A stretch of DNA of 64,000 bases from positions 1 to 64,000 of the forward strand of contig CAVPJD010000024.1 of assembly GCA_963705165.1 (NCBI GenBank), in the 5' to 3' direction. The stretch comes from an uncultured delta proteobacterium. Its GTDB lineage: Bacteria; Desulfobacterota; Syntrophia; Syntrophales; UBA2192. The notes below the pieces were generated by a model. That model saw only the letters and a program-made list of their open reading frames with translations, was not told where the DNA came from and did no database searches. Shown in pieces: positions 1 through 9,956 of the stretch. Every line of letters starts with the position of its first letter. Positions within the stretch are counted from its first letter, which is position 1. The translations under genes and the position numbers were made by a program.

Positions 1-34
1 ATGTTATCTAGCACTTGTTCATGAGTTCATATAA

Positions 35-200
35 GCAGCACTTAATGATAAAGAAGGAGAGTGCTGCGGTCGTGGCAGGCCGACCGTCACTTGGGTGAAC
101 CCCGGTGACCAGCAGGGTCGCCACGACCGATGCCCCTCAGACCCGAACAGCTGTCAGGGACCTCTTGGAGGATCCCGCATCACTCGCAAGAACGGGATAA
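35..200 (+). ncRNA. IS110 bridge RNA (5' stem-loop, target-binding loop, donor-binding loop)
   Basis: Stems gcagcact/agtgctgc, ggtcgtggc/gccacgacc and ggga-cctc/gagg-tccc; guide 105-112 GTGACCAG is the reverse complement of flank 1179-1186; guide 147-153 ACAGCTG equals right end 1172-1178. Confidence 0.75.
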
Positions 201-1154
<954 letters not shown>

Positions 1155-1182
1155 AAAACAAAACTTGAAACACAGCTGCTGG

Positions 1183-2154
1183 TCACTGATCCGCCGCTTT
1201 CTGCCGCAAGGTCCGGATCACCTCGGCCAGATCCGCCGGCAGCGGCGACTCGAACGTCATTTCCTTCCCCGTGACAGGGTGGGCAAACGAGAGGCTGCTT
1301 GCGTGGAGGGCCTGGCGCGAGAGTTTCTTCAACACCGCCCGCAGTGCCGGGGTCTCGACGGCCCGCTTCGAGGCTCCGTAGACGCTGTCCCCGGCGACGG
1401 GATGCCCCAGGGCGCTCAGGTGGACGCGGATCTGGTGGGTGCGGCCCGTCTCGATCTTTGCCTCGAGAAGGGTAAAGGCGCCGAAGCGCTCCAGGACCGT
1501 CCAGCGGGTGAGGGCCGTCTTTCCCCGGCGGCTTGCCGTGGACATTTTCTTTCGCTCCACGGGGTGGCGCCCCACGGGGGCATCGGCCACGCCCTCGTCC
1601 TCGCGGAGATTGCCGTGGACAAGAGCGGTGTAGCATTTGGAGACCTGGCGCCTCTTGAACTGCTCCGCAAGATGCCTGTGGGCCTCGTCGGATTTTGCCG
1701 CCACCATGAGGCCCGAGGTCCCCTTGTCGAGTCGGTGGACGATCCCCGGCCGCATCACCCCGCCAATCCCCGAGAGGTTCCGGCAGTGGTACTGCAGGGC
1801 GTTCACGAGGGTGCCGCTGTAATTGCCCGCAGCGGGGTGAACGACCATGCCGGCCGGCTTGTCGACGACGATGATCGCCCCGTCCTCATAGAGAATGCTG
1901 AGGGGGATCGCCTCGGGAACGATCTCTGAAGGAACGGGGGCCGGCTTGCGAAGGGAAATCATTTCTCCGGGTTTCAGGCGGTGGCTCGCCCGCACGGCCT
2001 TCCCGTCAACGATTGCATCCCCGTCCTCGATGAGACGCTTTGCCTGGGAGCGCGAAAGGGTCGGGTCCTTCTGCGGCAAAAAGACATCCAGCCTCAGGCC
2101 CTGCTCGCCCTCGGCGACGATGAACTCCGACCGCTTTCCCTCTTCCTGTGTCAT
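1183..2154 (-). CDS. rluD: RluA/RluD family 23S rRNA pseudouridine synthase (full-length copy)
   Basis: S4 domain RLDVFL; KPAGMVVHP; GIVHRLDKGTSG; GRTHQIRVH. Confidence 0.93.
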   Translation of the reverse strand: MTQEEGKRSEFIVAEGEQGLRLDVFLPQKDPTLSRSQAKRLIEDGDAIVDGKAVRASHRLKPGEMISLRKPAPVPSEIVPEAIPLSILYEDGAIIVVDKPAGMVVHPAAGNYSGTLVNALQYHCRNLSGIGGVMRPGIVHRLDKGTSGLMVAAKSDEAHRHLAEQFKRRQVSKCYTALVHGNLREDEGVADAPVGRHPVERKKMSTASRRGKTALTRWTVLERFGAFTLLEAKIETGRTHQIRVHLSALGHPVAGDSVYGASKRAVETPALRAVLKKLSRQALHASSLSFAHPVTGKEMTFESPLPADLAEVIRTLRQKAADQ

Positions 2155-3647
2155 CCCTTCTCACGCGCAGCCAGGACGGCCCTCAGGGCGTTGCGGACCT
2201 CGGGGAGCTCCTCTGCCGCCAGGGTCCGGGGGTCGAAGAGAATCTCGTTTTCGGCGATCCGTGCCACGACGGGCACGGGGAGAGCCCTGAGCTTCTCGTC
2301 GATGCGGGCAGCCGACAGATTCCCGGAGCGAAGGGCGACCAGCACGGTGGGGATCTGCTCAGTTGGAAGCGACCCGCCGCCCGACATGGAAAATCCCTTC
2401 TTCAGGGCAAGCGTGACGCCGGGAAATTTCTCTTTCTTCAACGTCTGCAGGAGCCTTCTTGCCCGACGGGCGGCGGTCTCGACGGGTTCCGTGAGCGCCG
2501 TGAGCGAGCGCAGCCCCGCAATAGCCTCCTGCTCGTTCAGGTAGAGCTTCGCCGTTGCCTCCAGCGCTGCGAGGGTCAGCTTGTCGATGCGAAGGGCCCG
2601 GTTCAGGGGATTCTTCTTGATGCTTTCCAGCTGGTCTTTTTTTCCGACGATGATCCCCGCCTGGGGACCGCCGAGGAGCTTGTCGCCGCTGAAGGTGATG
2701 ACGTCGGCCCCCTCCTTCACGGCATCTGACACGGTGGGCTCGCGCTCAAGACCGTACTTCTCCAGCCGGATGAAACATCCGCTTCCCAGGTCGTTCATCA
2801 CGGGGATCCCGTGACGGCGCCCAGTGCAACCAGTTCCGGCACGGGGACCCCTTCGGTGAAGCCCACGATCCGGAAATTGCACGTGTGGACCTTCATGATC
2901 AGGGCCGTGTTCTCGTTGACGGCCTTCTCGTAGTCGGAAAGATGGGTGCGGTTCGTGGCCCCGACCTCGCGCAGGACGGCACCGCTTCGCTCCATGACCT
3001 CGGGGATGCGGAACTCGCCGCCGATCTCGATGAGCTCGCCCCGCGACACGATGGCTTCCCGGCCCCGCGCAAGGGTGCTCAGGACGAGCAGCACCGCCGC
3101 GGCGTTGTTGTTGACGACGAGGGCGTCCTCGGCCCCCGTGAGCTCGCAGAGAATCTCCCGGATGTGGTAGTACCGCAACCCCCGTTTCCCCGAGGCAAGG
3201 TCGAACTCCACGTTGGAGTAGCCCCGGCTCACCTCTACGATGCGCGCCAGGGCCTCTTTGCAAAGAGGCGCCCGCCCGAGGTTCGTGTGGAGGATGATGC
3301 CCGTGGCATTGATCACGCGCCGCAGGCTGTACTCGTGGAGCCTCTCGATGCGGGCCGCAACGGAATCGGCTGCGGATTCGTTCGAGGGGACCGAAGCGGC
3401 ATCCCAGGAGCCCGCCAGGATTGCAGAGCGGATCCCCGCCACGACGTCCCGGATCGACTCGAGGACTTTTTCCCGGGGGGCCCTTTCGAGGGATCCCCGC
3501 TTCTCGAGAAGAACGAGGACCTCGTCGATCTTGGGCAGGCTCTTCAACAGGGTTTTCTGCTTGTCGTCCATGGGCGACCTTAATCTAAAAAGCTGGAGTA
3601 ATGGAATGACGGAATACTCAAATAATGAGTTATTTGAGAAATAGCTT
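1216..3647. repeat. Direct repeat copy 1 (rluD-selA), near-identical to 4917-7349
   Basis: Matches at offset 3701/3702 with one indel and a few substitutions found by eye. Confidence 0.95.
2151..3571 (-). pseudogene. selA: L-seryl-tRNA(Sec) selenium transferase, copy with 1-nt deletion near 2820
   Basis: Split between ORFs 2798-4390 and 2151-3263; 'gacggcgcccag' versus 'gacggcgtcccag' in the intact copy. Confidence 0.85.
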
Positions 3648-4867
3648 CGGAGATTGTTCACGGCCGTGAAATACTCCCGCATCAGCACGACCCAGTAGTA
3701 TCGCCCCTGCGGGGTGAGTTGGAGGCAGGCTTCTCTGTCGGCGCGGCGGACGGCGCCGACGAGACGCAGAGCAAGGAGCATCTGGCTCACGGACCCGTCG
3801 AAGGCCTTTCCGTACTTCCGGCGCAGCGACGGACGATCGAGATGCAGGCCGAAGAACTCCATGAGGAAGGCGTAGCGCGCCTGGTCGGCGACGGCGAACA
3901 CCCGGATGGCTTTGAGCGGGATCTCCCCGCGGTTCACCCGGTCGATGTAGTCTCGGATGCTGAAGGTGTTGGCGTAGCAGGTCCCGTGCAGATAGCCGAT
4001 CGAGCCGCTCCCCAGGCCGGCATAGTCGTCGTAGTTGACGAGGTACTCGTCGATCAGGGCCGCCTTGCGGGAGAAGCACCAGGCCGAGGAGAAACGGTAA
4101 GGCGGCACGAGCCGCTGGGTGATGATCTCGTAGAATTCGCGCTCGCGGTCCGCTGGGATGGGCCCCAGTGTCTTCTGGACCAGTGCGCGCGTCTTGGTCG
4201 AGCTCATGAGTGGATAATAGGTGACCTGGTCCACTGCGGCCTCGAGGAGCTGGTCGATGTCCGCATTCAGGCTCTCGGGCGTCTGCCTGGCGAAGTTGAA
4301 GATCATGTCGGCATTCAGCGTGTCGAAGAGCCTACGATCTCCTTGAGCCGCGCCGCAATGGCGTCGCCGCTGCCGTATTTCTCGTAGCAATTCATGGCCT
4401 TGAGCAACCCGTCGTCGAAGCTCTGGACCCCCACGCTCAGGCGGTTCACACCGGCCGTCTTCAGGGCCTCCAGGTTTTGGTCAGTCACATGGCTGGGGGT
4501 GGTCTCGACCGAGATCTCTCCGATGGGGTAGAGGTGCTTGGCCCATTCGAGCGTTGCGGTCAGTTCTTCCACCATGACCGTCGGCGTGCCGCCGCCTACG
4601 TACAGCCCATTGAAGCTGAAGCCTCGCTCCTTGTAAAGCGAAAGTTCCTTGCGCAGAGCCCCGAAGTACGCCCGACACGGGGTCTTCTCGAAGGCCACGC
4701 GGTCGAAGGAGCAGTACGGGCAGAGCTTCTCGCAGAACGGGACGTGGAGGTAAAGGAGGTAGGGGCTACCCGGGCGGGCTGACGGGAGCCAGGGGTCTGC
4801 CCCCTCGCTGAAGCTCATGGCGCGGGCGAACTGACTGCGGGCCACATGGCCGATGATTTTGTCGATC
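3648..4867 (-). pseudogene. HemN-like radical SAM protein, diverged second copy (frameshift near 4335, GTG start changed to GCG, stop deleted)
   Basis: LYLHVPFCEKLCPYC, GGGTPT, NRLSVGVQSF; aligns along 7418-8642 with many codon changes. Confidence 0.8.
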
Positions 4868-4910
4868 GCGAAGCCTCACTAGGTGTACCTGGCCGACGAT
4901 TGCCTGGCAG

Positions 4911-5855
4911 TCAGGCGATCACCTCGGCCAGATCCGCCGGCAGCGGCGACTCGAACGTCATTTCCTTCCCCGTGACAGGGTGGGCAAACGAGAGGCTGCT
5001 TGCGTGGAGGGCCTGGCGCGAGAGTTTCTTCAACACCGCCCGCAGTGCCGGGGTCTCGACGGCCCGCTTCGAGGCTCCGTAGACGCTGTCCCCGGCGACG
5101 GGATGCCCCAGGGCGCTCAGGTGGACGCGGATCTGGTGGGTGCGGCCCGTCTCGATCTTTGCCTCGAGAAGGGTAAAGGCGCCGAAGCGCTCCAGGACCG
5201 TCCAGCGGGTGAGGGCCGTCTTTCCCCGGCGGCTTGCCGTGGACATTTTCTTTCGCTCCACGGGGTGGCGCCCCACGGGGGCATCGGCCACGCCCTCGTC
5301 CTCGCGGAGATTGCCGTGGACAAGAGCGGTGTAGCATTTGGAGACCTGGCGCCTCTTGAACTGCTCCGCAAGATGCCTGTGGGCCTCGTCGGATTTTGCC
5401 GCCACCATGAGGCCCGAGGTCCCCTTGTCGAGTCGGTGGACGATCCCCGGCCGCATCACCCCGCCAATCCCCGAGAGGTTCCGGCAGTGGTACTGCAGGG
5501 CGTTCACGAGGGTGCCGCTGTAATTGCCCGCAGCGGGGTGAACGACCATGCCGGCCGGCTTGTCGACGACGATGATCGCCCCGTCCTCATAGAGAATGCT
5601 GAGGGGGATCGCCTCGGGAACGATCTCTGAAGGAACGGGGGCCGGCTTGCGAAGGGAAATCATTTCTCCGGGTTTCAGGCGGTGGCTCGCCCGCACGGCC
5701 TTCCCGTCAACGATTGCATCCCCGTCCTCGATGAGACGCTTTGCCTGGGAGCGCGAAAGGGTCGGGTCCTTCTGCGGCAAAAAGACATCCAGCCTCAGGC
5801 CCTGCTCGCCCTCGGCGACGATGAACTCCGACCGCTTTCCCTCTTCCTGTGTCAT
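4911..5855 (-). CDS. rluD: RluD copy truncated by about 9 C-terminal residues at the duplication junction
   Basis: Identical to 1183-2154 up to ...LAEVI, then A-stop. Confidence 0.9.
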   Translation of the reverse strand: MTQEEGKRSEFIVAEGEQGLRLDVFLPQKDPTLSRSQAKRLIEDGDAIVDGKAVRASHRLKPGEMISLRKPAPVPSEIVPEAIPLSILYEDGAIIVVDKPAGMVVHPAAGNYSGTLVNALQYHCRNLSGIGGVMRPGIVHRLDKGTSGLMVAAKSDEAHRHLAEQFKRRQVSKCYTALVHGNLREDEGVADAPVGRHPVERKKMSTASRRGKTALTRWTVLERFGAFTLLEAKIETGRTHQIRVHLSALGHPVAGDSVYGASKRAVETPALRAVLKKLSRQALHASSLSFAHPVTGKEMTFESPLPADLAEVIA

Positions 5856-7349
5856 CCCTTCTCACGCGCAGCCAGGACGGCCCTCAGGGCGTTGCGGACC
5901 TCGGGGAGCTCCTCTGCCGCCAGGGTCCGGGGGTCGAAGAGAATCTCGTTTTCGGCGATCCGTGCCACGACGGGCACGGGGAGAGCCCTGAGCTTCTCGT
6001 CGATGCGGGCAGCCGACAGATTCCCGGAGCGAAGGGCGACCAGCACGGTGGGGATCTGCTCAGTTGGAAGCGACCCGCCGCCCGACATGGAAAATCCCTT
6101 CTTCAGGGCAAGCGTGACGCCGGGAAATTTCTCTTTCTTCAACGTCTGCAGGAGCCTTCTTGCCCGACGGGCGGCGGTCTCGACGGGTTCCGTGAGCGCC
6201 GTGAGCGAGCGCAGCCCCGCAATAGCCTCCTGCTCGTTCAGGTAGAGCTTCGCCGTTGCCTCCAGCGCTGCGAGGGTCAGCTTGTCGATGCGAAGGGCCC
6301 GGTTCAGGGGATTCTTCTTGATGCTTTCCAGCTGGTCTTTTTTTCCGACGATGATCCCCGCCTGGGGACCGCCGAGGAGCTTGTCGCCGCTGAAGGTGAT
6401 GACGTCGGCCCCCTCCTTCACGGCATCTGACACGGTGGGCTCGCGCTCAAGACCGTACTTCTCCAGCCGGATGAAACATCCGCTTCCCAGGTCGTTCATC
6501 ACGGGGATCCCGTGACGGCGTCCCAGTGCAACCAGTTCCGGCACGGGGACCCCTTCGGTGAAGCCCACGATCCGGAAATTGCTCGTGTGGACCTTCATGA
6601 TCAGGGCCGTGTTCTCGTTGACGGCCTTCTCGTAGTCGGAAAGATGGGTGCGGTTCGTGGCCCCGACCTCGCGCAGGACGGCACCGCTTCGCTCCATGAC
6701 CTCGGGGATGCGGAACTCGCCGCCGATCTCGATGAGCTCGCCCCGCGACACGATGGCTTCCCGGCCCCGCGCAAGGGTGCTCAGGACGAGCAGCACCGCC
6801 GCGGCGTTGTTGTTGACGACGAGGGCGTCCTCGGCCCCCGTGAGCTCGCAGAGAATCTCCCGGATGTGGTAGTACCGCAACCCCCGTTTCCCCGAGGCAA
6901 GGTCGAACTCCACGTTGGAGTAGCCCCGGCTCACCTCTACGATGCGCGCCAGGGCCTCTTTGCAAAGAGGCGCCCGCCCGAGGTTCGTGTGGAGGATGAT
7001 GCCCGTGGCATTGATCACGCGCCGCAGGCTGTACTCGTGGAGCCTCTCGATGCGGGCCGCAACGGAATCGGCTGCGGATTCATTCGAGGGGACCGAAGCG
7101 GCATCCCAGGAGCCCGCCAGGATTGCAGAGCGGATCCCCGCCACGACGTCCCGGATCGACTCGAGGACTTTTTCCCGGGGGGCCCTTTCGAGGGTTCCCC
7201 GCTTCTCGAGAAGAACGAGGACCTCGTCGATCTTGGGCAGGCTCTTCAACAGGGTTTTCTGCTTGTCGTCCATGGGCGACCTCAATCCAAAAAGCTGGAG
7301 TAATGGAATGATGGAATACTGGAATAATGAGTTATTTGAGAAATAGCTT
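4917..7349. repeat. Direct repeat copy 2 (rluD-selA)
   Basis: Near-identical to 1216-3647. Confidence 0.95.
5852..7273 (-). CDS. selA: L-seryl-tRNA(Sec) selenium transferase (intact)
   Basis: INATGIILHTNLGRA, VNNNAAA, SRGELIEIGGEFR, FSGDKLLGGPQAG (PLP lysine). Confidence 0.95.
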   Translation of the reverse strand: MDDKQKTLLKSLPKIDEVLVLLEKRGTLERAPREKVLESIRDVVAGIRSAILAGSWDAASVPSNESAADSVAARIERLHEYSLRRVINATGIILHTNLGRAPLCKEALARIVEVSRGYSNVEFDLASGKRGLRYYHIREILCELTGAEDALVVNNNAAAVLLVLSTLARGREAIVSRGELIEIGGEFRIPEVMERSGAVLREVGATNRTHLSDYEKAVNENTALIMKVHTSNFRIVGFTEGVPVPELVALGRRHGIPVMNDLGSGCFIRLEKYGLEREPTVSDAVKEGADVITFSGDKLLGGPQAGIIVGKKDQLESIKKNPLNRALRIDKLTLAALEATAKLYLNEQEAIAGLRSLTALTEPVETAARRARRLLQTLKKEKFPGVTLALKKGFSMSGGGSLPTEQIPTVLVALRSGNLSAARIDEKLRALPVPVVARIAENEILFDPRTLAAEELPEVRNALRAVLAAREKG

Positions 7350-7396
7350 TTACATTATACCCAACATTCCAATATTCCAACACTCCATTATTCCAG
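7296..7396. repeat. Octamer-repeat hairpin (TGGAATAA-like arms, TTCCAATA-like inverse arms)
   Basis: ggagtaatggaatgatggaatactggaataatg ... cattccaatattccaacactccattattcca. Confidence 0.8.
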
Positions 7397-7400
7397 TCTC

Positions 7401-8642
7401 TTATTCCCTGCAGAAGTCTCGGAAATTATTCACAGCCGTGAAGAACTCCCGCATCATCACGACCCAATAATACCGCCCCTCGGGGGTAAGATAGAGCCAG
7501 TCTTTCCGGTAGTCGTAGCGGACGGCGCCGACGATGCGAAAGGGCAGCAGCACCTGCCCAAGGTGCCAGTCGAAGGCCTTTCCGTACTTTTTGCGCATCG
7601 ATGGAAGATCGAGCAGCAGCCCGAAGAGCTTCATGAGGAAATCGTAGCGCACCTGCTCGCCGAGGCTGAACTCCTTCGAGGCCGCAAGCGGGATCTCCCC
7701 GCGGTTCACCTTGTCGATGTAGTCGCGGATATGGAAGGTGTTGGCGTAGCAGGTCCCGTAGAGATAGCCGATGGAGCCGCTCCCCAGGCCGGCGTAGTCG
7801 TCGTAGTTGACGACGTACTCGTCGATCATGGCCTCCTTGCGGGAGAAGCACCACGCCGAGGAGAAGCGATAGGGCGGAACGAGCCGCTCCGTGATGATCC
7901 TGTAAAATTCCCTTTCGCGGTCCTCCGGGATGGGCCCCAGGGTCTTTTGGACAAGCTCGCGCGTCTTCGTCGAGACCATGAGGGGGTAGTAGGTGATCTG
8001 GTCCACTGCGGTCTCGAGGAGCCGGTCGATGTCGTTCTTCAGGCTCTCGGGCGTCTGCCTGGCGAAGTTGAAGATCATGTCGGCATTGAGCGTGTCGAAG
8101 GTACCCCCGATCTCCTTGAGCCTCGCCGCGATGGAGGCCCCGCTGCCGTATTTCTCGTAGCGGTCCATGGCCTTGAGCAGCTCGTCGTCAAAGCTCTGGA
8201 TGCCCACGGAGAGGCGGTTCACGCCCGCCTTTTTCAAGGCATCGAGGTTTGCATCAGTCAGGTGGTTGGGGTTGGTCTCGACGGAGATCTCCCGGATGGG
8301 GTAGAGGCTTTTCGCATGCTTGAGCGTTGCGGCAAGCTCGTCCACCATGACCGTCGGCGTGCCGCCGCCTGCGTAGATCCCCTCGAAGGTATAGCCCCGC
8401 GCTTTATAGAGAGACAACTCCCCGCGCAGGGCCCCGAAGTACTCCCGGCAGAGGGCCTCGTCGAAGGTCACGCGGTTGAAGGAGCAGTAGGGGCAGAGCT
8501 TTTCGCAGAAGGGAACGTGGATATAAAGGAGGCAGGGGCTGCCGGCGCGGGCTGCCGGGAGCGCGGGGTTTGTCCCCTCCCGGAAGTTCATGGCCCGGGC
8601 GAATTGTTTTCGCGCCACGTGCCCGATAATTTTGTCGATCAC
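7401..8642 (-). CDS. HemN/coproporphyrinogen III oxidase-like radical SAM protein
   Basis: LYIHVPFCEKLCPYCSF (CxxxCxxC), GGGTPT, ISVETNP, NRLSVGIQSF. Confidence 0.9.
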   Translation of the reverse strand: MIDKIIGHVARKQFARAMNFREGTNPALPAARAGSPCLLYIHVPFCEKLCPYCSFNRVTFDEALCREYFGALRGELSLYKARGYTFEGIYAGGGTPTVMVDELAATLKHAKSLYPIREISVETNPNHLTDANLDALKKAGVNRLSVGIQSFDDELLKAMDRYEKYGSGASIAARLKEIGGTFDTLNADMIFNFARQTPESLKNDIDRLLETAVDQITYYPLMVSTKTRELVQKTLGPIPEDREREFYRIITERLVPPYRFSSAWCFSRKEAMIDEYVVNYDDYAGLGSGSIGYLYGTCYANTFHIRDYIDKVNRGEIPLAASKEFSLGEQVRYDFLMKLFGLLLDLPSMRKKYGKAFDWHLGQVLLPFRIVGAVRYDYRKDWLYLTPEGRYYWVVMMREFFTAVNNFRDFCRE

Positions 8643-8833
8643 GGGGACCTCACTGGGTGTGCCTGGCCGGCATTTGCCTTGCGGTCAGGCGACGTTAGCA
8701 GACAAAATCCGATTTATCAACAGGAAAGGCTCAGGGCATAAGGCTAACGGCTAAAGGAGAGAAAGACAAGAGTCGCAACGGTTGAATTTCATGTCGTGTG
8801 GTGTTATAGCATCCAAACCTATATTCTTTTCTC

Positions 8834-8882
8834 CGCTTACCCCACAGCAAGCTGCGGGGAATACCGTGCAATCGTTTTCAAT
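8834..8882. repeat. REP-like palindrome TACCCC(A/G)CAGCAAGCTGCGGGGAAT with conserved tail, copy 1
   Basis: Second copy at 59492-59541; lies between inverted heptamer arms at about 8726-8757 and 8897-8926. Confidence 0.75.
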
Positions 8883-9012
8883 CGCCTGTATTTGTCTTTC
8901 GCCTTGCGCCATATGCCCTGCGCCCGCGGCCTCATGACCTCGCGGCGGCCGGGCGCGTCGGGCTGGCGTGGACGAGAAGCAACACTCCCGCTATCGAAGG
9001 AAGAGGCCGCAT

Positions 9013-9567
9013 ATGACAAAAAATAAAACCTGGCAGCTCTGGCGCGACGAAAAGATGACCGAAGAGGAGGGGGCACTCCTGCGGAAGAAGGCCGCAGACC
9101 TGCCCGTCCCCTTCAACGCCGCGGCGAAAAAGGACATACAGACCCTCGTCGAGGCCTTCCTGAAGCGCAATGACGCCCTGGGTCTTGCGGCCCCGCAGAT
9201 CGGGATCAGCAAGCGCATCATCGCCTTCAAGGTGAAGGACTTCGACAAGAAGGGTCTGAGCGGCAAGGGCGACTGGGAGGTCCTCATCAACGCCCGCATC
9301 ACCCAGCTTCGCGGTGATGCGGAAGTGATGAACGAGGGCTGTCTCTCCTGCCCCGACATCAGCGTGGAGGTGACCCGCGCCACGGAGATCAAGGTCAAGG
9401 CCGTCGACATCAACGGCAACAAGGTGAACAAACGCTACACGGGCTTTCTCGCCCGCATCGTCCAGCACGAGATCGACCACCTCGACGGCCGCCTCGTCGT
9501 CGACCACGAAGGCACCATCTCCTACCCCAAGGAGAAACAGGCCTTTTTCGATAAAATCTTTAAATAA
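9013..9567 (+). CDS. def: Peptide deformylase
   Basis: GLAAPQIG, EGCLS, QHEIDHLDG motifs. Confidence 0.93.
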   Translation: MTKNKTWQLWRDEKMTEEEGALLRKKAADLPVPFNAAAKKDIQTLVEAFLKRNDALGLAAPQIGISKRIIAFKVKDFDKKGLSGKGDWEVLINARITQLRGDAEVMNEGCLSCPDISVEVTRATEIKVKAVDINGNKVNKRYTGFLARIVQHEIDHLDGRLVVDHEGTISYPKEKQAFFDKIFK

Positions 9568-9616
9568 GGGGACAGGGTCCCGGGGCCAGGGACCGGATAA
9601 TAAGAAAAACCAAGAA

Positions 9617-9660
9617 ACAACGCCCCCGTTTGGGAAACCAGACGGGGGCGTTCTCTTTTG
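9617..9660 (+). terminator. Intrinsic terminator after def
   Basis: aacgcccccgtttgg-gaaa-ccagacgggggcgtt followed by ctctttt. Confidence 0.75.
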
Positions 9661-9956
9661 TTCGGCTTGCTATTTTAAATTGTTAAACAACTGTCTGGAT
9701 GCAAAGCGCCAGACATCCCGAGGAGCGAGGCATACTTTGTGGCATACGATCAGCGATGAGGGACGAGGGTAACGCAAGCAGACTGTTGACATATCGAAAG
9801 ACATCGCCGGGATGGACCTGTGTGAGGTCCTCGGGAGGGGAATGAAACTGGGCGTGAAGGTGAGCGACAACACGAAGGCCTTCTTCAAGAAGACCAAGGC
9901 CGATGTGGTGCTCCTTTCTCTCTCGACTGGACTCGACATTGCACGCGACACTGCGT

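Noticed and set aside
1165..1180. Complete circle-junction promoter for the IS110
   Set aside because: TTGAAA is present, but no good -10 falls 17 nt downstream in the reconstructed junction
3648..4916. Diversity-generating retroelement as the cause of the diverged hemN copy
   Set aside because: Changes are not adenine-specific, span 1.2 kb, and no reverse transcriptase is present
2151..7400. tRNA-Sec, SECIS or selenoprotein near selA
   Set aside because: No tRNA cloverleaf or in-frame TGA read-through candidate seen
9740..9950. Sigma54-like TGGCATACGATCAGC and short ORF 9812-10027
   Set aside because: Weak -12, no recognisable product, and overlap with the TRAP gene end; at most a remnant
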